Shown here: piece by piece, positions 50,999 through 64,000 of the stretch
Layout: every line of letters begins with the position of its first letter
Numbering within the stretch: position 1 is the stretch's first letter
NCBI GenBank assembly: GCA_023213395.1
Contig: CM041465.1
Span: 110,057,741 to 110,121,740 of the forward strand
Length of the DNA stretch: 64,000 nt
From: Cycas panzhihuaensis
Lineage: Eukaryota > Plantae > Cycadophyta
Direction of reading: 5' to 3'
The notes under the pieces: model-generated
Database searches by the model: none
Seen by the model: the letters and a program-made list of their open reading frames with translations, nothing else
Told to the model about the DNA's origin: nothing
Position numbers and translations under genes: made by a program

Positions 50999-51193
50999 GA
51001 TGTGGGTAGAGTATGAATCCTCACCATTCAGGTTGATAAGTACATTTATGGAGCTTCTAGAATTATTATGACTGCAAGTACTAGAAAATTAGATTTTGTT
51101 AAAATCCTAGGCACAGATGAAGTCATCAACTATACAAAGTAGAGCTATAACCAAATCCCTAAGAAATTCAACTTTTTGTTTGACACTATTGGG
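50999..51193 (+). pseudogene. Captured host gene fragment: NADPH quinone/alkenal-one oxidoreductase (MDR superfamily, AOR / enone-reductase-like)
   Basis: 65 codons: DVGRV*ILTIQVDKYIYGASRIIMTASTRKLDFVKILGTDEVINYTK*SYNQIPKKFNFLFDTIG. Family pattern (from memory): GAGGVG.L.IQLAKH.FGAS.VAATAST.KL...SLGAD..IDYTK......KFD...D.IG. Confidence 0.85.
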
Positions 51194-51814
51194 TGATTTA
51201 TGTGCACCCTCCTTTACATGACTATGAAATGCCATTTACCATTGAAGTTTATATCTATGTAGTGGTGATCATGCATCTTTCTTACATGTTATAATAGATG
51301 AGAGATTTGCAACTATATGATCTCCTTGCACTGTGGAAAGGCCTTTGCACCCTTACTCCATGTTAAAGACATAGATCCAAACAAAGCATTTATAGTTGTA
51401 CCCTCATTAGATGTAAATTCATCGACAAAGAAGTAAATACAATCATACATAATCAAAGAGATGCCTTCACACAGATCTGTTCATCACTGCAACACTATGA
51501 TCTACACAAAAAAAAATTGGTGAAATCACACAAAGCTAATTATTTATAGTTAATATGTATTTTTTTATATTTGGGTGAATGCAAAACTTTATTTAAATCT
51601 TCTATAATGTTTCTTTACATTTGCAAAAAATATTTAAATCTTTTCTATTTTAATTTTAGATCCATTATTTTATTCTATATTTTATTTATTTTTTTCTAAT
51701 GTTTCAATTAAATTAAATTAAATTGAACTTTGCTTTTGGGTCTATCAGCCCCCTTCTTGCTAGCCCCTAGTCTTATAAGATGCCCATGTCACCCTAACCT
51801 TATTAAGAAAAAGA

Positions 51815-51965
51815 GCTAATAGACTTTAGATATTAGACACCCTAACCTTACTTAGACTTTAGACATTATTAGATCTTTAGACATTAGACATTATTAGCTC
51901 TTTATACATTAGATATTATTAGCTCATAGATAGTATTAACTCATTATTAGCTCAATATTATTATA
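51815..51965. repeat. Degenerate minisatellite (ttagacatta / ttattagctc units)
   Basis: Directly visible short-unit array. Confidence 0.8.
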
Positions 51966-51974
51966 GATAAGTAT

Positions 51975-54640
51975 GTCATATGTTTACTAGATACTATCTA
52001 TGATGTTTGTAAAGCCTATGTAATAAGTAAGCAATATATGGATTCTTTTCCATATCAAACATTGTTTTGAGCAAAAGTTTCTCTCAAACTTATTCACTCA
52101 AATATTCGTGGCCCCCTCTAAGTATCATCATACTCTAGAAGCAAATATTATATTACTTTATCGATGACTTCTCTAGTAAATGTTTGGTATATATGCTTAA
52201 GATTAGAAGTTAAATATTTGACATATTTATGGAATTTAAAATATTAGTTAAAAGCTAATCTAACTCCAAAATTAAAATCTTTAGATCTAATAATACTAAA
52301 GAGTATCTAAGTAATAAATTTACTTTATATTGTAAAAAACATGGAATTAGATTTCAACATTTTGTTCCCTACAGTCCTCAACAAAACAATGTTGTAGAAT
52401 GTAAAAATTGTACTCTTGTTGAAATGACCAGATATATGATATATGCAAAAGGTCTTGATCTTAATTTATGGGCTAAAGTAATAACCAGTTCTAACTATTT
52501 ATTAAACCAAGTAAATCCCTATAGAATATAATATCTGAAAAAAAATAGTTTAGCCAGAAATCATCTGTAAAACATCATAAAGTCTTTGGAAGTATTACTT
52601 AGTTACATATTCCCAAGGAAAAATGAAATAAACTTGATCCCAAAGTGCTAAATTTATCTTCATTAAATATAGCAAAGAAAGTAAAGCTTACCAATTACTA
52701 GATCCTATCACACACAAAATCTCAATTTTATGTGATGTTATTTTTTATAAAGAATGGTCCTTATTAAAAATAAACCTTATAGAACTTCCTATTTAGAGCT
52801 TATTAACTAATACTTATCTAAAAGATCCCTAAAAAATACAAGTAGATAGTAAATCAATTGATAGTCTATCTTCACAAGTCTAGAACAAGACCTTAAGTGA
52901 ATCTAGTATATCTAATCCTTCTAATCAACCATCTACTTCTAATTAATCAAATTATTTTGATCAACATTCTATTTCTAATTCTTTAAGAAACAAAGAGCTA
53001 GTTTAAGCTAAGAAAACCCTTTTGGCTATTGGTTCTGATGTTGGTAATCCATCAGATACTCTAGAAGAACTAGATTATAAAAATTATAAGTTAATTTTAC
53101 ATTAATAACTAAACTAATAGCCAGTAATGACCCTAAAACTTATAAAGAAGTGTGTCATAATCTTATATGGCAACAAGCCATGGAAGTTGAATATGATGCT
53201 CTTTAGAAACATTTAACTTGAGAATTAGTATTATTACCTCCTAATAAGAATTTAGTATACTGCAAATAGGTTTATTGAATAAAATATAATTCAAAAGGAT
53301 TAATCAAGAAACATAAAGCTTATTTAGTAGACAAAGGTTTTTCTTAGATTAACAATACTGATTACAATGAAAGCTTTACTCCTATTTCTGAAATAAATAG
53401 AATCAAAATTATCATTGCTCTAGTAGCCAAGTTTGGCTATCAAATACATCAAATAGATGTAAAGACCACTTTCTTAAATGGTGATCTCAGAGAAGAAATA
53501 TATATGCCTCAACTACCTAGTTTTATATCTAATCCTAATCTTATTTGCAAACTTAGAAATTATTATACGGTCCTAAACAAGCCCTTAGGGTTTAGTATAT
53601 TAAGATTAATAATTATCTTTTTTAAAATAGATATACTAAATGTGTTAACAATCTTAACCTCTATTTCAAATGAGAAAATAATAATATTACCATTTTAATC
53701 CTTTATATAGATGATATTATAATAACTAGATCGTTACTTTCTCATATTCATTAGTTAAAATCAATTCTAATGAGTAAATTTGAAATGATAGACTTAGGGC
53801 TTTTATATTATTTTCTAAGCCTATAAATCTATCAATCAAAATAAAAAATAATTATTTCTCAACCTAAATACATTATTGATTTAATAAAAAGATTTAATAT
53901 AGAAAATATAAAGCTAGCCCCTATTCCTCTATAATTAGGTATAAAATTGATAACTAATTCTCAATCTCCACCTTATGGTTCTTCTTTATATTATCAATTA
54001 AGAGGTAGTCTTATCTACTTAATCTATACTTGCCTAGATATCTCCTATGCTATTACCTTACGTTCTAGGTGCATGCAAAAACCCCATGAGTCTTATTAGA
54101 AAGCAACAAAATGAATTCTAAAATATATTCAAGGTATGATTTCTCATGATTTGACTTATAACTTTTGTAATAATAACCTTAAGTTAATAGGTTATACAGA
54201 TTCATACTAGGAAAGAGACTTTGATGATAAAAAATCTACAGCTGGTTATGTCATCTTTCTTTATGCTTCACCGATTATATGGTCTAGTAAGAAGATGTAA
54301 TAATTAGTATTATCTACAAAGGAAGATGAATATTGAGCATTAGTAGAAGCCAATAAAAAATCACTCTAGATTGAATCTCTATTAAATGAGATTGATTTGA
54401 TTCTTAACTCTTCCATTCAAATTAATATTAACAATCAAGGTGCAATATCTATAATTACTAATCCCATTGTACATTCTAGAACTATGTATATAGAATTACA
54501 TTAACATTTCATTCATAATTTTATAAATGACAATAATATTAATCTATTTTATTATCCTATAGATTTATAGATTATTAACATCTTAACTAAGCCATTGACT
54601 GAAGTTAAGTTCGTAAAGCTATGAGAATTGTAAAAGATTA
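51975..54640 (+). pseudogene. copia-3 pol (GAG-pre-integrase, INT, RT, RH), heavily decayed
   Basis: VCKAYVISKQ..SFP, LIHSNIRGP, IDDFS, QNNVVECKN.TLVEM, QIDVKTTFLNGDL.EEIYM, LYIDD, NILTKPL. Confidence 0.9.
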
Positions 54641-54797
54641 ATGAAGTCTTCATCAAAGGAGGATTGGCATGTTGAAGCCTTCATCATCTTCTTCTTTATT
54701 TCTCTCCATCTTCTATATATCTTTTATTATACAAAAGTTAACATTAAAAGGGGATGTTAGAAATATTTACCTAATGTTAACTTATGTGTAATGTAAT

Positions 54798-57700
54798 TCT
54801 TTCCTAACTACCGGGAATGGACATGGACGACTCGACTCAGGTAATCGCTTGTATGCTTCTATCCTAACTTTTGTTGACTTCAAGATGCTATGAGGTTGTC
54901 GATAGATGTGCATTACATATTGATTGATTGATTGTATAATCATTATGTATCACTTACCTAGTTACTTAGGTTGCATCTTAATACTATAGCCTATGATGAC
55001 TCAGGGTACATATCCCATGGCATCTTACGACCCTCCGCCATGTCTCTAAATGTTTCCAAGCACCCTTGGCTCCTACAACTCGTACCTCATCATTTCTTAG
55101 TATGACGTGACCCCTAGCAACCTATTTAGGCCTGGTTATCACCCTGGTTCGCTACTTGCCTCCTTTTGGAGCGCTTTTTCCACCTTTTTCTTGTGTATTG
55201 TGGTCCCTATAGGCCCTACGACCCTTGTTACCACCTTCACATAGAATTATTACCCTTTTAGGGTCTAGTACCCCCCCTTTTAAGGAGCCTCCCAGGCTCC
55301 CCTTTTGTTTTTCCCTAGTATTAAGTGCACAACTGTAAACTCTGCGGTACTATTGTAAACTTTATGATACCATGAAGTTTATTGCAATGTGACTATTCAA
55401 ATTAGTTTTTTGGTCTAGCCATAGCTAATTTCACATTAAATAAAAAATTAATGTATTGCATTGAGCTATTTCCCACCCAGGGTAAGCCCTAATCGCCTGT
55501 TAAGCTAGTGTTGGGTTTAAAAACTCAAAATTTCCCTCATTTCTCCTCTTCTTCCTCCTCATCTCAAAGAAAAAATTCTAAAAAAGAAGGTTCTAACTTG
55601 TTGTATATGCCTCCTACTTCTGCCATCATCTCATCTAAAGAAAAATCCTGAGTTGCAAGTCTTTAGTAGCGAGATTTAAGATAGACCCTCATCATAGGTG
55701 TTCCACCAAGCCTTGAGCACCAAGTTTGTTACAGGTTATGCTTCCTCTTTATGTTGTTGTAGGAGCCCTTTACTAGTCTTCCAAGAGGAACCTCTTCTCT
55801 AAGTAGCATACAAGGTAGATTTTCCTTAGATCTACCCATACCAAGTACCTATAGGCTTGAATAGCCCTCTTCTCCTTAAGGATAAAGATTTCTTTGCTTG
55901 CTTTTCTATTTGTTGTATGAAGCTACCCTTTATTTCTTCATTCTAGAAGGTAAACCCTCCCCTTTACTGGCTTGTTCCCCTTCCATCTTAAAGTTTCCCT
56001 CATGTCCATTCAAGGAGGTGGAGAGAAAAGTGACCAGTGGAGAGAGAAAGGAGTTTTAGGCAGGGTTCTGTGCCCTTTCACCATCTCCTCAAGGCATCCC
56101 TTTACTCTCCACTTCTTTTCTTCTCCTAATACCTCCCTTGTTCACCCAGAAACTTTTGGGGTAGGGAATCTCGTTGATTGTAGCATTAGTAGCACCTTGT
56201 TACGCTTACAACTAGCCATCAAAGTTCCCATAAAACCTAGTTTAGTAGTAGCTCTCTTGTTTCTTATAGCCTTAGCCTTACTTTTACAAATCTTACAAAA
56301 GTTACACATTATAACTTTTGCAACTTTTACAACCTTTTTACAACACTTTTTTTCATATATAAAGCTTATTGCCTTCTCTACCATTAGATGATCTTGGCCC
56401 TCTTTGGTCAACCACTTGAGCTTAGGAACATGGAGACATCGCATTCATAGGGTCAACCATGCCGAGGCTACCCTTCCTTCCTCCTTTCTCTCCCTTTTTC
56501 CCGCAACCATTAGATTACTATATATGTATGATAAAATAGAACTAATATCACATATTTTTCTTATTTAAAAGACATTTCTCAAGATTACTTTCTTCATTTC
56601 TTTCTTTTGAAAAAGCATATGTACATATACACACTTGCTCCCATGCACATCTAGTGCCCCTTAGGGAAAGGGCAAACCATTTGTCATGCAATTTTCGTTC
56701 ACTTTAGAGTAGACAAAAGCCTTCATCGCAAATACATATACTTTTCTCATTGTTATTATAATACTTTAAAATTTCAATATAAGCAATTCTTTGTTTCCCT
56801 TTAGTTCTCTTGCATTTAGATATTGGGGAAGGTAAGGAAGCCCCACTAGTGTTTCTTTTTCCATATCACTCGTGATAAGGTGTGTTAAGTGGATGAGCAT
56901 GGATTATGAAGAAAGTAAAGAGGCCTCTACACTGACCATCACATTCCCAAGTGTACTACTTTTATCCTATCCTCTTGTTCACCCCTTTTTTCCCCTTTTT
57001 ACTCCCAAACGAAGGGAAAGAAAGGTTAAAGAAAAGGGATAGTTTGTATTTTATTATTTATTGCTTATCTTGATTGACCACATAGGGGAAGGGTAATTGT
57101 TTTATATAAATAGGCAATGCTCTCCACTAGTTACATCATTACCCCCCCTCTCCCTTAACTCAAGCTCCTACTTTTACTAGGGTTTGAGTGTGATTGGTTG
57201 TGAGTCCTTCTACCTACATCCTATCTTCTCCTGCATTCTATCATGTTGACTTATATTAGCACTTGCATCATTTTCCTTTGCTTCCTACTTACCTACTTCC
57301 TTTTATATTTATAAAAGATAAGGAGAGGGAGGTTAGGATTTAGGAAAAGAGAGAGAGTTGTTGCTTTATTTACTTTCTTTTTTTTTACACTAAACATAAA
57401 TAATGTCAACTCTTACCCCTTTATTACTTCATTATATGATAAAAAAATAAAGAAATAAAATACATTGCTTCATCCCCTACATCTAGTTATCTGTTTTAAG
57501 TGTCGGTACCTTAGGGACACCCTCCCCTTTAGGTCTTATTCCCCCCTTTGGTAAGGCCTCACTTTACCTTACCTCCGATTAGAGGTTGGCTTTTTATCCC
57601 AACTCCCCTTTTTTCCATTCACACTACTAGCTACTTGCTGCTTGTATGTAAGTCTTTCCTCTTTTAGTTAGGACCTACCTCACATGTTCCCTATCCTAGG

Positions 57701-57996
57701 GAAGGGTATATCCCATCTATATCTTCTTTCCTTGGCTACCCAGGATAGGAGGCTCTTTCTTGAGGCTACTTGGCAAATTAGGGAAGTCCCTCTCTTATCC
57801 ATCCTGAATCAATAAGGTTCTTACCTTGAGGGGGAGTTTGTGTATCATTTGTAGGTCCTCAAACCTGCGTTGTAATGCATGGATGCCCTTTATGGGTAAT
57901 CATTTCTCTTAGTCATGTAGATCCTTTAACCATGAGATTACTAATTGTATTAGCTTGATCTCTTCAAATTTGGTGACCCCTAGAGGTGTACTTCCA
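54798..57996 (+). repeat. 5' LTR of element D (~3.2 kb)
   Basis: Start tctttcc...actcaggtaa resembles B's LTR start; ends cttcca before the PBS. Partner LTR is outside the window. Confidence 0.78.
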
Positions 57997-58194
57997 CTAA
58001 CGACCATGTTGGGGACTCATCAATAAGGGGTATATCCTATTCCCTTATTGATGAGTCATATACCTCTGAAATATCAAGGGAAGACTTGTATATAATGCCA
58101 CCTCTCCTTTGGTATCCCTCCTTGATTCATTGGGCATCCCCTAACACCTATCGTTTTATCACCTGTCTTTCTTATAAATCAAGGGAAGACTTGT

Positions 58195-61100
58195 ATATGA
58201 TGATTCTCTAGTCATTTACGAGGTCTCCTTCCTTTGTTGGAGGACTCTCCTTATTATCCTCTTCCATTGTTAGATTCTAAATTGACCATGGATTTCCTTT
58301 GGATTAGGCATATCACACCTATGTTTTTGAGTCCCATCAATCATCCATTAACTTCCAGGGTCCCACCCAAGAGGGTGAAGATCCTATCTTCTACTCGGGT
58401 AATCGAGAGCACTTGTAGATATATCCCCTTTCCACTCACAAAGTGGAAGCATCTTTTCCTATGGGATATCACCTTCCTGGTGAAAATGCCCATGAGGACC
58501 ATCCTATGGGGTCTACTTTATATGAGGATCATTTGACCTCGTATGAGTAGGTGGATATCCCTCCCATGAATGTGGTGGAAGTTCTCAATCAGTGCTTCCA
58601 ATCAGCTCACCTCCAACCATATCCCAAATGGTTAGATAGCATTTTACGAAGCATAGAACTCCCCTCCTCCACATCCACACCTTCGCATTCATCCCATTTG
58701 ACTCCCATACCATAATGGGGGCATCCCTCATTATGTCCTCTTTTTCTTATGGCCCACCTTCCTTAGGGGTTACTCAAGGCATACCCACTTCCAAACTTAG
58801 GTTGAGTATGTCTCCTTTTATCCAAGCGACTGCACCCTAACCAACCGTAGTCCATCTTCCTCCTATTAGATCTAGGGAACCTATATATCCTTCTACTTCT
58901 AGCCATGTAAGGTAAATCCCCATGGCCTCTGATACTCAACTTCAAGATTCCTCCCTCTACGTGCCACCGCGATATACTTCCCAACCATGGGGGTATGGTA
59001 AGGGGAATCCTCTCCCTGTTTATGGGGTAGATCCCTTACATTCATATGGTGTTTCACCACTTATAGGTGGCCAATATCACCAAAATCTAGTCCCACACCC
59101 TTCTATCTCATCTTCTTATGTTTCTTCTTATGTGGTGTCTTTGCAAGGAGGGAAAGCCCCTACCAAAGGCACCCTCTCTCAAGCCGCCTTTCAATAAGGG
59201 ATATACCCTCAAGGGGGGATGGGTCCTTCTTACCCATCCACTCCTTTTCCAATCCCTTCATATTTGGGATTAGTCCCCTCCCACCAAATAGGAGAAAGTT
59301 TGTATTCCCATTTAATCCAAGTTTACCAAGGAGGATTTGGACATCCTTGCCCACCTCTGCCTTCATCCTTCGTTGACCCTATGGTCTAATCAAGGGCATG
59401 TCCCTTCATGGACTATAGATCAACTCCTTTATCCATTGAGGCGTTAAGGACTAACTTACTGCCTCACCCTCCTGAGGTACCCAAGTTTAATGGGACCTCC
59501 TCTCAAGACCCAACAGAGCATGTTAGAAGCTTTTCTATGGTATGCATCAACTATTGGGCATATGATCACATTCTACTAAAATTTTTCCCATGCTCTCTAT
59601 AAGACAATACCCTCAAATTGTTCTATTACCTTCCTACACACTCCATCCACTCATTCTAGTAACTCGTCAACAAATTCGTCAATTATTTTGATATTGCCCA
59701 TCCCTTTAGGAGTGGAATGAAGGTTCTCTTATCCCTCAAGCAAGGTCATGATGAAAGGAATCGTGACTTCATGAGGCATTTCCATGATCTTTTCCACTTC
59801 ATGAAGGAAACATTGCCTAAGTTAAAGAGATCTTTTTGTTAATGGTCTTCACCCCAAAATCCATATTGAAGTCCTCAAGATGGGGGCAATGACATGTGAC
59901 TTAGCCATAGCCAAATGATTGGTGCTTGAGGCTATTGAGATCCAAGTAGATCTCAAGAAGCCTCTTAGGTCATCACAATGATGTGAGATACCTCCTCCAT
60001 CCCATGATACCAAAACCCAACAACCTATTTGGTCTTCATCTCATTCGACATAGAAGACCTTAGACCTCTTGACTTCTATTATATGTACTTTTGAATATAC
60101 AATGAAGGAACTTAAAGTCCAAGTGCCTTCATCACTTACTTCCCATAAACCTGTCCATCAAGCCTCTCAAGTTATACCTCCTAAGAATGGTAATACCTAA
60201 GCTTCTCAAACAAGAAAGTTAGACTCTTTCTTGGAAAAGAAGTGGTTATTCCATTTATGTATAATGCTTTCATGAGGATTTACAATATAGAGAATAGCCT
60301 CCAAAACTGCCCCACATTGTGACTCCTCCCCTAAATGGGTGTCTAGACCCAATCTAGACCAACCCATTTATAAGGATCCATTCCCCAAATACAGGGAACA
60401 TGATCACCACACCCAGCAAAAGGGAAATTGAAATAGGGGAAGATCCCCTAACCCTCACCCTATGTAAGCTAAAGGGAAAGGGGTAAAGAACTCTTCTTCC
60501 CCTTCTGATTATCATCACCAAACTCCTTCTCCCTCTTAATCTCAAAACAAGGAAAAGAGAGTTATCCAAATGCTTGAGACTATGCCATTGTATGCCTTAA
60601 CCCGGTCCCAAGTGGCTAAAGAAGCAATTGGTGCTTCTTCCTCTTATCATCTTGATCTTCCTTTAGAGAACCCTCCTTCAAAGATCTTATTGCTTCCCAA
60701 GACTATGCCCATGCGCCCTAGTCATTATGATTTCTAAAGGACACTTCCCCAACCTATTGTGAAGGGGAAGCCCTTCTTTATCATCCACGTGCTTCGCACC
60801 GTGGCTGCAAGGATGTCCATGATGGATGTCTTGAGAAGCTATCCAGAGGAATGCACTCTTCTCCTAGAGACTTTAAATTAGTTGACATTTTCGTTCATGC
60901 CTTGGGTATTGCCCCAAGTCGTGAACCTGTTATTCGATCTTAAAAATCTCCCTCCAACTGATGAAAAGGAATGTCAATGGCACTACCCCTTCATCATATC
61001 CATAGACACACCTAAATGTACCCTTCAAAGAACTATTATAGACAACAATTCTTTCATCAACGCTATGCCCTTACGAATCATGCAAGAGTTAGGCATATTA

Positions 61101-64000
61101 GCTCTCAAATTGGTCTTGTGGCATTGTCAAGGCTATGATAGTAGCAAAAAGACACCCTTGGGATCTGTTTCCATTCCTCTTACCCTTGAGGATAAAACCA
61201 TCCTCACCGGCATCATAGTCCTCAATGTAGATGTGGATTAAAACCTTTTATTGGGACATCCATGACTTGATCAAATAGGAGCTGTGTACTCATCCCATTG
61301 GAGGCAACTTAAATTCATCCATAAAGGGAAAATGAAGGTTGTTTCCTAGGAACCTTCTCCCACCAAACAATCCCATCAACCATGTCAAGCAGTTCGTGAT
61401 CAAGCAGAGGCTGAAAAGGGCCCATCTGCCCATACTTCCCCCTGTTATATCATCATTCCTAGTTCATCTTATTCAGAAGAAGGCCCCTCATCTTCTTCCC
61501 CTAACCTTATCTATTTTGCCCCTATTGGTGTAGGGAGTTATGGGTACCTTGCCATGCTAAATGACAATGAGTCTGATGGTAAGGATGAGGACCTCCCTTA
61601 TCCCATATCCATCTTGAACATAAGTAGGGGGCACTCCTTTTTCTCTAGGTCCCAACTTAAAACCTCTTCGATTGAGGAGCTTAGTCCTCCTCCCGAATCA
61701 CATATCATTACTCTCGTCTCTTGTGTGACTCCCCATATCTCTTCATCTCCCACCTCATCACCTTCCTCAAGTGATAAGGTGAGGGAACCTCTTGTCACCT
61801 ATCATAAGAGGTCACCCTCTGACTCTTCTGAAGAATCTCTTGAATATGTTGAGTGGTGGGTTGAATGCTATGGTCTCATCATTCCTCCTGCTCCTCACCC
61901 CTCTTCTTCTTCAAGTGTAACTATCCATGGGATAGATTACTTTGAGAATATTGAGACCCTGTTAGAGCATCTAATGAGCCCCATGCCTAATCTCCCTTCT
62001 GGTCACCATAAACTTGGTTACCAGAAGATTTTAGCCATTGGGCCACCCTTAGCTGACCCAAATCCACCTTCATCTTCTTCGCCCCCTCCTATTGACCAAT
62101 CCCCCTTTCACTTTGAAGAAGGGAATGCCATGTGCATGGGGAAAACCAAGGACATCGTCCTTGCCCCCAACAACATCATCAAGGATATGTGTTGATTTCC
62201 ATGACATTAACAATGCATATCCTAAAGACAACTTTCCTCTACCCTTTATCGATCAAATAATTGATCGAACTGATTAATTTGAAGTCATGTCCTTGATGGA
62301 CAACTTCTCTAAGTATAACCAGATCTAGATCTCTCCCAAAGACTACCACAAAATGGCCTTCACCACTCATTGGGGTACCTTCGCTTACAAAGTGATGCCC
62401 TTTGTACTTAAGAATGCAGGTGTTACTTGCCAGAGGGTAATGCAGTTTGTCTTCCATGACCTTATAAACAAAACCCTTAAGGTTTTCATGGATGACATAA
62501 TAGGTCTTTCATACATAAGCGCCCACCATCCTAGTGATTTACGAGCCATCTTAATAAGGTGCCATAAATACTAGGTGAGCTTAAACCCTCTTAAATGTGT
62601 ATTTGCCATAACAACTGGCAAACTCCTCGGTTACCTTGTCTTGAAACAAGGAATCCAAATTAATCCTAACAAAGTCAAGGCCATCCTTGACATGCCTCCT
62701 CCTAAGACTCAATGGAAAATCAAGTCGTTATTGGGTAGATTAGGCTTCCTTAGGTATTTCTTTGTGAACTTTACTATAAATGCTAAACTCCTCACTAACT
62801 TATTAAAGAAGGGGGCCCAATTCATTTGGTCTCCAAAGGCCCAAGAAGCTTTCAAAGAGCTCAAAAGAACCTTGGCTCCTACCCCGATCTTGACACCTCC
62901 TCTCTTCAATCAACCTTTCATAATGTATACCTTAGCTACTAATGAGTTCTTAGGGGCTATGCTCAACCAAGAGGATGACTCAGGAACTAAGAGAGCCATC
63001 TACATTATCAGTCATACCTTAGTTACTATTAAGCTCAACTACTCCCCTGCCAAGAAGGAATGCCTTTCCTTGGTTCACACCACTAAGAAGTTTAGATACT
63101 ACTTGCTAGAAGACACCACTTAAGTGATCATTCAATCTGATCCCTTGAGATACCTCTTAACCCGATCCAACTTGGCAAGTAGGACTAGCAAGTGGGCCAT
63201 CCTTCTCTAAGAATTCGATCTCCAAATCATTAATAGGAAATCGAAGAAGGAGATGGTGGTTTCTGAACAACTGGTTGACGCCCCCATCCCCAACTCTTTG
63301 CACATACTTATTGATTATTCCTTACTGGATGAGCCTATCTTGTCTATTCAAGACTTGTCCTCCCATCCATTGACTAATAGTGAATGGTATGAGGGTATCG
63401 TATGATACCTCACCAAATAGTAGTATCATCCTGATGCTACTAATAAGGTAAGGTCACACATTAGGGCTACTACTAGGTAATGCTTCCTCATGGAAGGGGC
63501 ATTGTATAAAAGATCCTTTGATGGGGTCATCCTTCACTGTGTCAACCTTGACGAAGCAAACTAGATACTTCACAAGTGTCATAATAAGATTTGTGGAGGC
63601 CACTTTGGGGGCCAATACATGGCCTGGAGGATCCTTCACATAAGATACTATTAGTCATCCCTCTTCAAGGATGCCCATACCTATGCCTTGCGATGCCATA
63701 GGTGTTAAGAGCATGCCAACATCATTTGTTTGCCTTCCGAGGCCATACACCCTATTATCTCTCCATGGCCTTTCTCCCAATGGGGATTAGACTTCATTGG
63801 GGCCATAACCTCTCCTTCTTCATCATAGCACAAGTTTATCTTGATTACGATAGAATACTTTACTAAATGGGCTGAAGTAGTCCCTTTATCTTCCACTTCT
63901 GATAAGATAATAGAAAATTTTAACTACCAATACATTATCTGTCAATTTGGGGTTCCTAATATCTTGATCACAGATAACTGAACTCCCTTTTGTAATAAGG
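58195..64000 (+). pseudogene. gag-pol of element D
   Basis: ORFs 59408 (gag), 60882 (IIDNNSFINAMP), 62353 (VFMDD), 62575 (RT/RH); integrase H..ICGGHFG and WPFSQWGLDFIG. Confidence 0.94.

Larger units (their letters stand above)
50258..54797 (+). mobile_element. Ty1/copia element copia-3, lacking recognisable gag/protease; 3' LTR interrupted by element D
   Basis: 5' LTR 50258-50654; PBS tggtatcaaagc 50655-50666; INT-RT-RH remnants; PPT aaagggga 54747-54754; 3' LTR start 54755-54797 matching 50258-50300. Confidence 0.9.
54798..64000 (+). mobile_element. Ty3/gypsy Tat-like element D (runs off the window)
   Basis: LTR 54798-57996 with a start homologous to B's; PBS 57997-58016; gag-PR-RT-RH-INT collinear with A and B. 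Confidence 0.9.

Noticed and set aside
50999-51300. Resident host oxidoreductase gene with TE-filled introns
   Set aside because: Two in-frame stops, a damaged GAGGVG motif, no other exons seen, and it lies between the PBS and pol of a copia element.
55972-56444. Overlapping 139-aa and 100-aa ORFs
   Set aside because: Inside D's LTR, no recognisable motifs and no counterpart seen in the related LTRs.
61925-62030. Possible G-patch between protease and RT
   Set aside because: Lacks the G-patch glycine pattern; kept only as an unnamed motif.

Overview
Plant nuclear heterochromatin. A gymnosperm-type genome is inferred from the retroelement lineages and the old, transition-dominated decay. The window is almost entirely nested, decayed LTR retrotransposons; I found no intact host gene, RNA gene or CRISPR array. 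Four Ty3/gypsy Tat-like elements are resolved: A (1107-34300, -), B (17304-31400, +, inside A's 5' LTR), C (older, -, pieces across about 34300-50257) and D (54798 to window end, +). Three Ty1/copia insertions are present: copia-1 (17335-23141, complete with TSD, inside B's LTR), copia-2 (39341-46704, a 3-LTR tandem inside C's integrase) and copia-3 (50258-54797, gag-less). There is also a solo LTR (12913-13549). The main signals lie in frames the ORF track misses because of stop codons. (1) A and C each carry a 3' accessory module: a stand-alone archaeal-type RNase H ORF plus an antisense, apparently spliced plant-mobile-domain (PMD) gene, in opposite order in the two elements. A palindromic cassette from A's LTR recurs just upstream of its PMD exon. 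(2) Copia-3 carries a host quinone/alkenal oxidoreductase (MDR family) fragment where gag-protease should be. (3) All three copia families have 12-13 bp inverted repeats enclosing the PPT/3'-LTR junction. (4) Copia-1 Gag has a GW-repeat array. All alignments and translations were done by eye; coordinates of decayed coding regions are approximate.
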